A DNA stretch of 64,000 bases. Origin: Verrucomicrobiales bacterium (GTDB taxonomy: Bacteria; Verrucomicrobiota; Verrucomicrobiia; Verrucomicrobiales; DEV007). Location: the NCBI GenBank assembly GCA_041917795.1, contig JAYRWX010000042.1, positions 44,981 to 108,980 on the forward strand, read 5' to 3'. The position numbers and the translations under genes were made by a program. The stretch's first letter is position 1. Every line of letters begins with the position of its first letter. Shown piece by piece: positions 27,169-38,339 of this stretch. The notes under the pieces are model-generated. The model was not told where the DNA came from. It made no database searches and saw only the letters and a program-made list of their open reading frames with translations.

Positions 27169-27984
27169 ATGATTGAAGAGATTACGATTGATTCGTGGGA
27201 AGCCCTCAATTCCGCATTGTTTGCTGACACTGAGAATAAGCGCACTCATAGGTTCAGATCGAACTTCGCGTATCGAGGCGTGTCAAATAAAGACTACACT
27301 CTAAAGCCTGGAATTGCTCGACTTGTGCCTCCCTACCCAGGGATGGAAGAGAATCTTTTGAAGCAGTTCAAGAAGTATGCTGCACGGGACGTTGTTGAGC
27401 GAGACACTGATTGGCACTGGTTGACAGTTGCCCAGCATCACGGTCTGCCAACTCGACTTTTGGACTGGTCATACTCTCCGTTGATCGCAACGCATTTTGC
27501 CACGGCGAATCTTGTATCCAGAACCACGCCCGATGCTGCAATTTGGAAGGTGAATTTTGCCCAAGTTCATGAACTTCTGCAGGCCAAAGAAACAAAGGTT
27601 TTGAAGGAGTTTGGCTCAAAGATCTTCTCAATTGATGCCTTATGCGTCGGGATTCCTAGCCTCGATGCTCTAAACGGCCATTCCTCCTCATCGAGCGAAG
27701 TCGCTGTGTTCTTTGAACCCCCCTCGATTGATGACCGAATAATCAACCAATTCGCGTATTTTTCGGCGTTGAGTGACCCCTTTTTGGCTTTTGATGATTG
27801 GCTAGCTCTACCGAGTGTTAGCGCCAAGGTTGATGCGAAGAAGATCATTATTCCATCGGCACTCAAATGGGAGTTCCGAGACAAGCTTGATCAGTGCAAT
27901 ATTAATGAAAGAGTATTGATGCCGGGTCTAGATGGGCTTTGCGCATGGCTGAAGCGCCATTATACGCCGTTAGCAAAACCATAA
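27169..27984 (+). CDS. FRG-domain protein (271 aa)
   Basis: FAYRGVSNKDYTLKPGIAR carries the (F/Y)RG motif, and WLTVAQHHGLPTRLLDWSYSPLIATHFA is the second conserved FRG-domain block. The region is AT-richer, at 30/60 G+C in line 27301-27360. Confidence 0.75.
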   Translation: MIEEITIDSWEALNSALFADTENKRTHRFRSNFAYRGVSNKDYTLKPGIARLVPPYPGMEENLLKQFKKYAARDVVERDTDWHWLTVAQHHGLPTRLLDWSYSPLIATHFATANLVSRTTPDAAIWKVNFAQVHELLQAKETKVLKEFGSKIFSIDALCVGIPSLDALNGHSSSSSEVAVFFEPPSIDDRIINQFAYFSALSDPFLAFDDWLALPSVSAKVDAKKIIIPSALKWEFRDKLDQCNINERVLMPGLDGLCAWLKRHYTPLAKP

Positions 27985-28216
27985 CGCAGGTTCCAGACCG
28001 AAGTGCAAGGTCACCTGATTTTCGAAGAGTCCTGCCTGAGTCCTGAATCCTTGTCGCCTCCGGTGTCGGTGCTCAGGCATCCGGCCGCTCACAACGCCTG
28101 AACCGATCGACCGGGATCCCCGCCAGTCCCATCCCCGCCGCCACCCGCGCCAGCCAAGTTACCGCTTGCGTCGCCGCCGGTTCCGCAGCACTCTTGCCAC
28201 GTTCTTCCGGACATCC

Positions 28217-28287
28217 GCGGGTGTCGTTCAATGGTAGGACGCGAGCTTCCCAAGCTTGAGACCGGGGTTCGATTCCCCGTACCCGCA
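28217..28287 (+). tRNA. tRNA-Gly (anticodon CCC), CCA not encoded
   Basis: The acceptor stem is GCGGGTG/TACCCGC. The D-arm region reads TCGTTCAATGGTAGGACG and the anticodon loop is CTTCCCAAG. The T-arm is GGGGTTCGATTCCCC and the discriminator is A at 28287. Confidence 0.9.
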
Positions 28288-29243
28288 TGCCTTCGATCCC
28301 GCATTCGTATTCCTTCGATCCGACTTACGGGTACACGCTCGATCAGCTGCTCGCGGTCGACGCGCCGGAGCCTCCTCCGGGGTTCGAGGACTTCTGGAGA
28401 GCCCGCTACGATGCTGCGCTGGCGGTCGACCCGGCTCCGGCCCTGCGTGAGATCCCCGGGGGCACGCCGCGCTGGCGGGTGGCGGAACTGGGCTACCGCA
28501 CCACCGACGGCCAGCCGATCCGGGGTTGGGCCCTGCTGCCGCGCGAGGGCGAGGTGAAGCGGGGTTTCATCTGGGGCCACGGCTACGGGGGGATGGACGG
28601 GCCCTGGTTCGACCTGCCCTTCGCCGATGCGGTGATTTTTTTCCCCTGCATGCGGGGCATCTCGCAAAGCCGGCGTCCGGGGGTGGCGGCGGATCCGCTC
28701 GGGCACGTGCTCCATGGGATCGAGGACCGCGACCGCTACATCCACGGGGCCTGCGTCGAGGATCTCTGGCTGGCGGTGACGTCCCTGATCCAACTCTTTC
28801 CGCAGACGGCGGGGCGCATCGGTCTGCTCGGGATCAGCTTCGGCGGTGGCATCGGCATGCTGGCGCTGCCCTGGGATGATCGGATCGCGCGGGGCCACTT
28901 CGAGGTGCCGAGCTTCGGCCACCATCCCCTGCGTCTCACCCTGCCGACCCACGGCAGCGGTGCGGCGGTGGCGGTCTACGAAAAGCGCAAGGGAGGCGCG
29001 ATGGAGACGCTGCGCTATCACGATGCGGCGACGGCGGCACGCTTCACCCGGCAAGCGGTGCACATCGCTGCGGCGCTTTTCGATCCCTTCGTGGCTCCGC
29101 CGGGGCAATTCGCGATCTACAACGCGCTGCCCGGAGAGCGGAAGCTGTATCTGCTCGAGGCGGGACACCATGACTATCCGGCGGCGGCCCGGCAACGGGC
29201 GGAGGTCCTCGCGGAAGTTGACGATTTTTTTTCTGGCATGTGA
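28287..29243 (+). CDS. acetyl xylan esterase / cephalosporin-C deacetylase family (AXE1) alpha/beta hydrolase
   Basis: The N-terminus reads YSFDPTYGYTLDQLLAVDAPEPPPGFEDFWRARY, which is AXE1-like. The nucleophile elbow is GISFGGG. The ATG at 28287 shares its A with the tRNA-Gly discriminator. Confidence 0.75.
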   Translation: MPSIPHSYSFDPTYGYTLDQLLAVDAPEPPPGFEDFWRARYDAALAVDPAPALREIPGGTPRWRVAELGYRTTDGQPIRGWALLPREGEVKRGFIWGHGYGGMDGPWFDLPFADAVIFFPCMRGISQSRRPGVAADPLGHVLHGIEDRDRYIHGACVEDLWLAVTSLIQLFPQTAGRIGLLGISFGGGIGMLALPWDDRIARGHFEVPSFGHHPLRLTLPTHGSGAAVAVYEKRKGGAMETLRYHDAATAARFTRQAVHIAAALFDPFVAPPGQFAIYNALPGERKLYLLEAGHHDYPAAARQRAEVLAEVDDFFSGM

Positions 29244-29301
29244 CGTTCCGGAGGCTCTGGTGGTCCGGAACTCGCTAAGGTCAGCCACCTTCTGTTGGTC
29301 C

Positions 29302-30030
29302 ATGCACTACGAGAACCACCTCTGGTACAGCCCGAATGTCGGCCGCGATATGGGCCTGCGGGTGATCGGCTATGGGGGTGAGAAGGTGCTGGTCTTTCCC
29401 ACCCGCGACGGGAACTGCCGGGAATACGAAAACCTGAGGATGCACCACTGGCTTTCGGAAAAAATCGAGTCGGGTCAGCTCCAGCTGTTCTGCGTGGACA
29501 GCCTCGCCAGCGACAGCCTCTATGCCGACTGGATGCGGCCGGCCGACCGGATCCTGCGCCACATCTGCTACGAACGCTACATCCTCGACGAGGTGATGCC
29601 GCTGATGGAGTATCGCAATCCGCTCGGGATGACGACGGCCCACGGTCTGTCCCTCGGCGCCTACCATGCGGTCAACACGGCTTTCCGGCATCCGCATCGC
29701 TTCCAGAAGCTGCGTGCTTTTTCGGGGCGCTACGACCTGACTTTGCGGACGGAGGATTTCCGCGATCTTTTCGACGGTTATTACGACGACACGATCCGAT
29801 CACACAATCCCTCCCACTTCCTGCCCGTGTTGGATGATCCGGAACGGATCGAGGCCCTGCGGAAGATCGACATGATTTTCACGATCGGCCGCGAGGACCC
29901 CTTCCTCGAGGACAACCGGCACCTGAGCCGGGTGCTGTCGGAGAAGGGCATCCCGCATTCCCTGATCGAATGGGATGGACGGGCCCACGAGGGATACTCG
30001 TGGCGGAGGATGGCACCGCTTTACATCTGA
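29302..30030 (+). CDS. esterase-family alpha/beta hydrolase (esterase D / putative esterase type)
   Basis: HGLSLGAYHAVN is the GxSxG-type elbow. It also has FSGRYD and EWDGRAHEGYSW. The start is set at the ATG at 29302. Confidence 0.65.
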   Translation: MHYENHLWYSPNVGRDMGLRVIGYGGEKVLVFPTRDGNCREYENLRMHHWLSEKIESGQLQLFCVDSLASDSLYADWMRPADRILRHICYERYILDEVMPLMEYRNPLGMTTAHGLSLGAYHAVNTAFRHPHRFQKLRAFSGRYDLTLRTEDFRDLFDGYYDDTIRSHNPSHFLPVLDDPERIEALRKIDMIFTIGREDPFLEDNRHLSRVLSEKGIPHSLIEWDGRAHEGYSWRRMAPLYI

Positions 30031-30057
30031 ATCTCCATCCGCCACCTTCGCTCCGCC

Positions 30058-31794
30058 GTGGATCTGCCCGCCCTCGACTCTCCGCTTTACCTGATCGATG
30101 CGATCGGCCCGTTTTTTCCGGGCTACGACCGCTTCCGCATCAACTGGTCGAAGCTGCCGTGGATGCGATACCAGGAGATGGGCGCTTCCGAGCTGAGGGA
30201 AGCCTTCGGGCAGGTCCGTGAGGACATGCGCACGTTCTGCCGCAGTGTCGCCGCGATCGGATACAACGGGGTGACTCTCGACGACGTGCCGCATCTGGCG
30301 CGGCTCCGCTACTACGAGGAGCCCGTGCGGCTGCGGATCGAACTCTACCGCGCCGAATTCCGCGATCTGTTCCGCATCGTGCGGGAGGAAGGGCTCAATG
30401 TCTATCTGACGATGGACATCCTGACGATGACGCCCGAACTCGGGCGTCGTCTCGGCAAGAGCGAAAAACGGCAACGCGAATTCCTCGTCGAACTGCTGGA
30501 CGATTTCTTCACCGACTTCCCCGAGGTCGCCGGCGTGGTGCTGCGCATCGGGGAAAGCGACGGGCTCGACATCAAGGAGGATTTCCGGAGCGAACTCGTC
30601 CTGAAAAGTCCGGCGATGGTGAACCGCTGTCTCGCGGCGATCCTGCCGGTCTTCGAGAAACACCGCCGTCGATGCATCTTCCGCACCTGGACGGTGGGCG
30701 CGCACGAGGTCGGCGATCTCATCTGGCACCACGCCACCCTTGAGCGCACGGTCGCGGGTCTGACGAGCCCGGCCCTCGTCCTGTCGATGAAGTACGGCGA
30801 GTCCGACTTCTTCCGCTACCTTTCGCTGAATCGGAATTTCTTTGTCACCGGTCTGCCGAAGATCGTGGAGCTACAGACGAGGCGCGAATATGAGGGTTGC
30901 GGCGAATACCCCAGTTTCGTGGGGGGAGACTACGAGCAGATCGCCATCGAACTGCGCGATGCGCCGAACGTCGTCGGCATCTCGGTCTGGTGCCAGACGG
31001 GTGGATGGACGCCCTTCCGCCGGCTCGCCTTCATCGATGACAAAGCCGTGTGGACCGAGATCAACACCTTCGTGACCCTGCGGCTTTTCAAGCACGGCGA
31101 ACTCGTCGAGGAGGCGGTCTCGCGCCTGCCGCAAGCCCGAGACACCGCTGCATTGCTGGAACTGCTCCGTCTCTCCGAGGAGGTGGTGATCCAGTTGCTC
31201 TACCTGCCCGAATTTGCGAGGCAACGTTTCTTTTTCCGGCGCGTCCGCATCCCTCCGCTGCTCGGAGTTTACTGGCACCACATCTTCGTGGCCCACTCGC
31301 TGAAGCGCATGCTCGAGCACCTCGTCCCGGATGGGGAAGCCGTGATCCGCACGGGACACGCGGCCATGACGAAGATCCGACGCATGCGGTCGCTGGCACT
31401 GCGCTGCGACCTGCCCGAGGAGGACATCGAATACATGGAGTACACCTTCGGACTGATCGCTCTGGCCCGGGAGTATTTTTTCCGGCCCGACGACGACGAG
31501 ATCCGCGAGCGGCTCCGCAAGGCCAAGAAAGCCTACAAGAAACGTTACCCGCGCGGCAGCCGCTTCCGGTATTCGGTGAAGTATGATTTCAACCGCTTCA
31601 AGCTCGGTCCGCGTTCGATCGGTTTGCTGATGAAATACCTGGTTCGTCAGACGCCCGACTACCGGTTCATCGACCGCATCATCGGCATGCGCCTGCTTTC
31701 GCTGGTCTATTTTTTCCTGAAACGGTCGCGTCCGAAAATGGTGCCGAAAATCGCACGGAAGAGCGCGATGGGACTGGATGCGATTTTCAAGTGA
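30058..31794 (+). CDS. hypothetical protein, possibly a TIM-barrel glycoside-hydrolase-like enzyme (578 aa)
   Basis: It is a long intact ORF with good coding character. Blocks such as YNGVTLDDVPHL, VVLRIGESDG, SMKYGESDFF, ELQTRREYEG and GISVWCQTGGW are reminiscent of (beta/alpha)8 glycosidases. No family was confidently recognised. Confidence 0.55.
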   Translation: MDLPALDSPLYLIDAIGPFFPGYDRFRINWSKLPWMRYQEMGASELREAFGQVREDMRTFCRSVAAIGYNGVTLDDVPHLARLRYYEEPVRLRIELYRAEFRDLFRIVREEGLNVYLTMDILTMTPELGRRLGKSEKRQREFLVELLDDFFTDFPEVAGVVLRIGESDGLDIKEDFRSELVLKSPAMVNRCLAAILPVFEKHRRRCIFRTWTVGAHEVGDLIWHHATLERTVAGLTSPALVLSMKYGESDFFRYLSLNRNFFVTGLPKIVELQTRREYEGCGEYPSFVGGDYEQIAIELRDAPNVVGISVWCQTGGWTPFRRLAFIDDKAVWTEINTFVTLRLFKHGELVEEAVSRLPQARDTAALLELLRLSEEVVIQLLYLPEFARQRFFFRRVRIPPLLGVYWHHIFVAHSLKRMLEHLVPDGEAVIRTGHAAMTKIRRMRSLALRCDLPEEDIEYMEYTFGLIALAREYFFRPDDDEIRERLRKAKKAYKKRYPRGSRFRYSVKYDFNRFKLGPRSIGLLMKYLVRQTPDYRFIDRIIGMRLLSLVYFFLKRSRPKMVPKIARKSAMGLDAIFK

Positions 31795-31869
31795 AAAACG
31801 AAACCCCACCCCGGCCGGGAGGCAATGATCGGCGGGATGGGGCTCGAATCGGGAAGGAGATCCCGAAAG

Positions 31870-34200
<2,331 letters not shown>

Positions 34201-34229
34201 TTAGGGGGTTGGGATGATGAATGCGAGAA

Positions 34230-34306
34230 ACGCGTAACCTCCTACGCGTGGCGGGATTACGCATCCAATGCATAGTTGGAATCCTTGCAATGCGTCCGCT
34301 GCATTG
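34230..34306. promoter_or_regulatory. katG-oxyR divergent control region with operator-like inverted repeats
   Basis: ACGCGTA-n6-TACGCGT lies at 34230-34249. CAATGC half-sites lie at 34266-34271 and 34288-34293, and the inverted half-site GCATTG lies at 34301-34306. CAATGC-n7-GCATTG spans 34288-34306. Confidence 0.5.
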
Positions 34307-34318
34307 TAGTAGTGGATC

Positions 34319-35269
34319 GTGAGGACGGAGGTCGAGCTGCAGCAACTTGAGCAATTCGTGGTGGTGGCCCGGGTGCGCAATTTCACCCGCGCCGCGACGG
34401 AGTTGAACCTTTCGCAATCGGCCCTGAGCCGGTCGATCCAGAAGCTGGAGGAACAGATCGGTCAGCCGCTCTTCGAGCGGAAGCCGCGCGAGGTGGTGCT
34501 GACGGACGTGGGAGAGATCCTCCACGAGCGTGCCAAGGAGATCCTTTCGCTGGTCGAAGACACGTTTTCGCTGCTATCGGAGGCGGGTCGGCATGGGCGG
34601 ATCCGTCTGGGTGCCATTCCCACCATCGCACCTTACTTTCTGCCGGTGTTGCTGCGTGATTTTGCCGCGGCTCATCCCGAGATCTCGGTGATGGTGATGG
34701 AGGATACCACCGACAACCTGCTGAAGCGATGCAGCCATGGTGAGATCGATCTGGCCATCCTCGCCGCTCCCGTCAGCGCGCGGTTCCTCGAGGTGGAGGC
34801 GCTGTTTGACGAGGAACTGCTGCTGGTGGTCCCGGAAGGGCACGAACTGGCAACACGGCAGCAGATCACGCCTGAAGTGGTCGAGGAGTTTCCCTTCGTC
34901 ATGCTCAACGAGGCCCATTGTCTCGCGGAGAACATTGCCGTGTTCTGCCGCCAGCAATCCGTCCAGCCCGTCACCGTGGAGAGGATCAGCCAACTCGCCA
35001 TGGTGCAGGAACTGGTCTCGCTGGGACACGGGATCTCCATCATTCCGGCGATGGCGCACCGTCTCGACACGAGCGAACGCCGCGTCTATCGCTCCTTCAC
35101 CGGCGCGGTGCCCCACCGAACGATTGCGTTGGCGTGGAATCCGCACCGTTACCATAGCAAGTGGCTGCGGGCGCTGCTGGCGCACCTCAGGGAGTTCCGG
35201 GGCGCTGCGGGCGATGCCACGCTCTCGGTCAACGTGCCAGGCCGCCGTGGAAATCGGCGGGGCTCTTGA
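34319..35269 (+). CDS. oxyR: LysR-family hydrogen-peroxide-sensing regulator OxyR
   Basis: The HTH is FTRAATELNLSQSALSRSIQKLE. The redox Cys pair has canonical spacing (HCLAENIAVFC, cysteines 9 residues apart). The gene is divergent from katG and has a GTG start at 34319. Confidence 0.85.
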   Translation: MRTEVELQQLEQFVVVARVRNFTRAATELNLSQSALSRSIQKLEEQIGQPLFERKPREVVLTDVGEILHERAKEILSLVEDTFSLLSEAGRHGRIRLGAIPTIAPYFLPVLLRDFAAAHPEISVMVMEDTTDNLLKRCSHGEIDLAILAAPVSARFLEVEALFDEELLLVVPEGHELATRQQITPEVVEEFPFVMLNEAHCLAENIAVFCRQQSVQPVTVERISQLAMVQELVSLGHGISIIPAMAHRLDTSERRVYRSFTGAVPHRTIALAWNPHRYHSKWLRALLAHLREFRGAAGDATLSVNVPGRRGNRRGS

Positions 35270-35906
35270 TGATCTCGCGGATGTCGTCACCGAGCGGCGA
35301 AGGCGCCGCCGCCGTCTTCCAGGGATTTCCCTCCGCCTCGCAGAAACTCCGATCGCCGAACGCGAAAAAGTAGGAGGTCTGGTCGATCGCCCCATCCCGG
35401 AAACACCGGATCTGGAGCACCGCGCAGCCCTTTTCCGAGCGGAGTTCGGCGGGAGTGGTAATGGCGGCGAGTTCGCCATCGTGGGTCAAGGCGAGGAGTT
35501 TGTCTCCAGCCTCAAGTCTGAGGATGCGTTGCTCAAAGCGGTAATGACGGTGGACCTGGTGCCAGCAGGGCACCGAGTTCCATTCCAGCGTCGACAACTC
35601 GACATGGGAAATGGCCCCGGTGCAGGTGTCTTCGATCGAATCGAGATCTTGGCGAAGCATCACGTCGTGGGATTCCTGATAGGGAGCCGCCAGGATCAAG
35701 GTGTCGGCGAGGCGAGCCGCGGTGAGACGTCCGGAGCGTGTTGCGAGATTCCTGACTTGCTCGATCCGCTCGTCCAGGTTGGCGTCAACCGAGCCGTCAG
35801 GGATCCAATCGAGTGGGAGGGGTGGCAAGTGATGAATGGAGGAAGAAGATGAAGCCATGGGAGATGGACGCGTCAGGCCTGCCGACCATTCAAGTTGCGC
35901 CGACAA
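35229..35906 (-). CDS. hypothetical protein, downstream partner of the ParA-like gene
   Basis: 225-aa ORF in the same orientation, 95 bp after the P-loop gene. An alternative ATG lies at 35856-35858. No domain was recognised. Its 3-prime end overlaps the oxyR 3-prime end by 41 bp. Confidence 0.55.
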   Translation of the reverse strand: MSAQLEWSAGLTRPSPMASSSSSIHHLPPLPLDWIPDGSVDANLDERIEQVRNLATRSGRLTAARLADTLILAAPYQESHDVMLRQDLDSIEDTCTGAISHVELSTLEWNSVPCWHQVHRHYRFEQRILRLEAGDKLLALTHDGELAAITTPAELRSEKGCAVLQIRCFRDGAIDQTSYFFAFGDRSFCEAEGNPWKTAAAPSPLGDDIREIIKSPADFHGGLAR

Positions 35907-36001
35907 ACTATCACATCGGGTTCATCCGAGCGCAAAAAAAAGGCCCCCGTCTCCGGGGACCTTTCCTTACCTTGGTGAAATGGGATGTGGTGCGATGTTG
36001 C

Positions 36002-36709
36002 TCAGTAGTCCAGAGCCACCGAACCGGAGGCGTCGGGAATGAGCTGCCCGTTGCCGGCCGCAAGGGCCTGGGAAGCGCGTTCCAGCCACTGGGTCACCTG
36101 CACTTCGGCGAAGCGGGGCAACGAGGTGGGGTTGTTGAGCGCCTCGGGCATCTCGATGCCGGAATTGTCGAGGGCGGTATGCAATTCGCCGGAAATACCC
36201 GGGAAATCGATCTCTGTCGCCCCGAGGTAGCGGATCGCTTTCTCGGCCGGGCTGCCTTTCCACTTCACCTCATTGCGCTTGTCGCCGGGCAGGTGGACGA
36301 TAAGATAGTTGGCGAGGTCGGCGAAAATTTCCGCGAGGTCGGTGATCTCTTCATTGCAACGTTCGCTGCGGGTGTCGGGAATCACGAGGACCATTTCCGC
36401 ATCGATCTCGGCGAGGAGATTCTCAAGGTCTTCGGATTCGAAGAAGTCGCCCCAGTTGCGCGCGGCGCCCGTGTGGACGTCGAGCACCACTGCATCGTGC
36501 CGGTCGATGGCCGAGATGAGCTGGGAAACTTCGAATTGATCCTCCAGATCCCAGAACTCGCCCGGGAAGGAGTCCGTCATATCCATCTCGTTCGAGGTCA
36601 CAAGCAGGTGCCGGACTTCTTCGGTCTGGAGGTGGTGGGAGAGGGCCCGGGCCAGGGTGGACTTGCCAGAGCGCTCCAGGTCATTGACGACAACAATTAA
36701 TTTTTTCAT
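36002..36709 (-). CDS. divergent ParA/MinD-like (SIMIBI-class) P-loop NTPase
   Basis: MKKLIVVVNDLERSGKSTLA is a Walker A that lacks the KGG signature lysine. AVVLDVHTGA is hhhhDxxxG (Walker B/switch II-like), and MVLVIPDT also fits the family. It is 235 aa long. Confidence 0.65.
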   Translation of the reverse strand: MKKLIVVVNDLERSGKSTLARALSHHLQTEEVRHLLVTSNEMDMTDSFPGEFWDLEDQFEVSQLISAIDRHDAVVLDVHTGAARNWGDFFESEDLENLLAEIDAEMVLVIPDTRSERCNEEITDLAEIFADLANYLIVHLPGDKRNEVKWKGSPAEKAIRYLGATEIDFPGISGELHTALDNSGIEMPEALNNPTSLPRFAEVQVTQWLERASQALAAGNGQLIPDASGSVALDY

Positions 36710-37200
36710 GGCGAAATCAGACTCTCGGGTCGAGTATAAAAGCTATAAATATCAGCGCAAGACAAAATTTAAGAAATCCTAAGTTTTCGAGATTTTGAGC
36801 AAGGAGCGCCGACGGAGAGGGGTAGGGGAGGTTTTTTTGGGGTGAGAGGGGGTGAGTGTCAGTCAGGACCCCGGGGGGGCAGGTGACTGGTCTTGTCGGG
36901 AGAGACCTCCCGCTGATGAGGATGTTCAAAAATGAACCTCGGATCTCCGGGTCGGGGTTTTTTACGCGCGCCACGCCCCGCTGGTTGTTTCTTGCGCAAG
37001 TCGCGCAGGCTCTGAGCCCAAAACGGACCCCGAGACCCTCTCGGCCGGTCTCGGGGCCAACCTGTGGAGTGATGTGTCCGCCTTTTCTTTTGACCTCGGG
37101 GCAATCCTCTCTAGCTTAGCGCCGGTCGCCCCAAGACAGCGGGGCGATTCCGCTCCGGATCGCAAGTCTGCCTTCCGGTTTTTTGAGAAACACGATCTAA

Positions 37201-38208
<1,008 letters not shown>

Positions 38209-38246
38209 TCCCCGCCAGTTCTCTGTTGGTAATTTTCAGCAAAGGA

Positions 38247-38281
38247 GCGCCCCCGACCGCCCGGTTGGCGGGCGCTTTTTT
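38247..38281 (+). terminator. rho-independent terminator after gap
   Basis: GCGCCC-CCGACC-gcc-cGGTTGG-c-GGGCGC is followed by TTTTTT at 38276-38281. Confidence 0.75.
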
Positions 38282-38339
38282 CTGCCCCTCCCCGGACCCT
38301 GCACCTCTCATTTTTCACTTCCCAACGTTTCCTTCGAAG

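Noticed and set aside
24090-28287. A classical integrase-mediated genomic island inserted in the 3-prime end of tRNA-Gly.
   Set aside because: The foreign-looking DNA lies on the 5-prime side of the tRNA. No integrase, excisionase or duplicated tRNA 3-prime end was seen. Only the weaker 10-bp direct repeat is reported, as a finding.
28089-29303. A 404-aa minus-strand ORF covering tRNA-Gly and the AXE1 gene.
   Set aside because: It is antisense to a tRNA and to a gene with recognisable esterase motifs, and its composition is Arg/Pro-rich.
31803-31846. An imperfect inverted repeat (CCCCACCCCG...CGGGATGGGG) between the convergent 30058 gene and katG, as a possible terminator.
   Set aside because: The stem has a mismatch, the loop is about 20 nt, and there is no U-tract. 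It is not convincing without RNA data.
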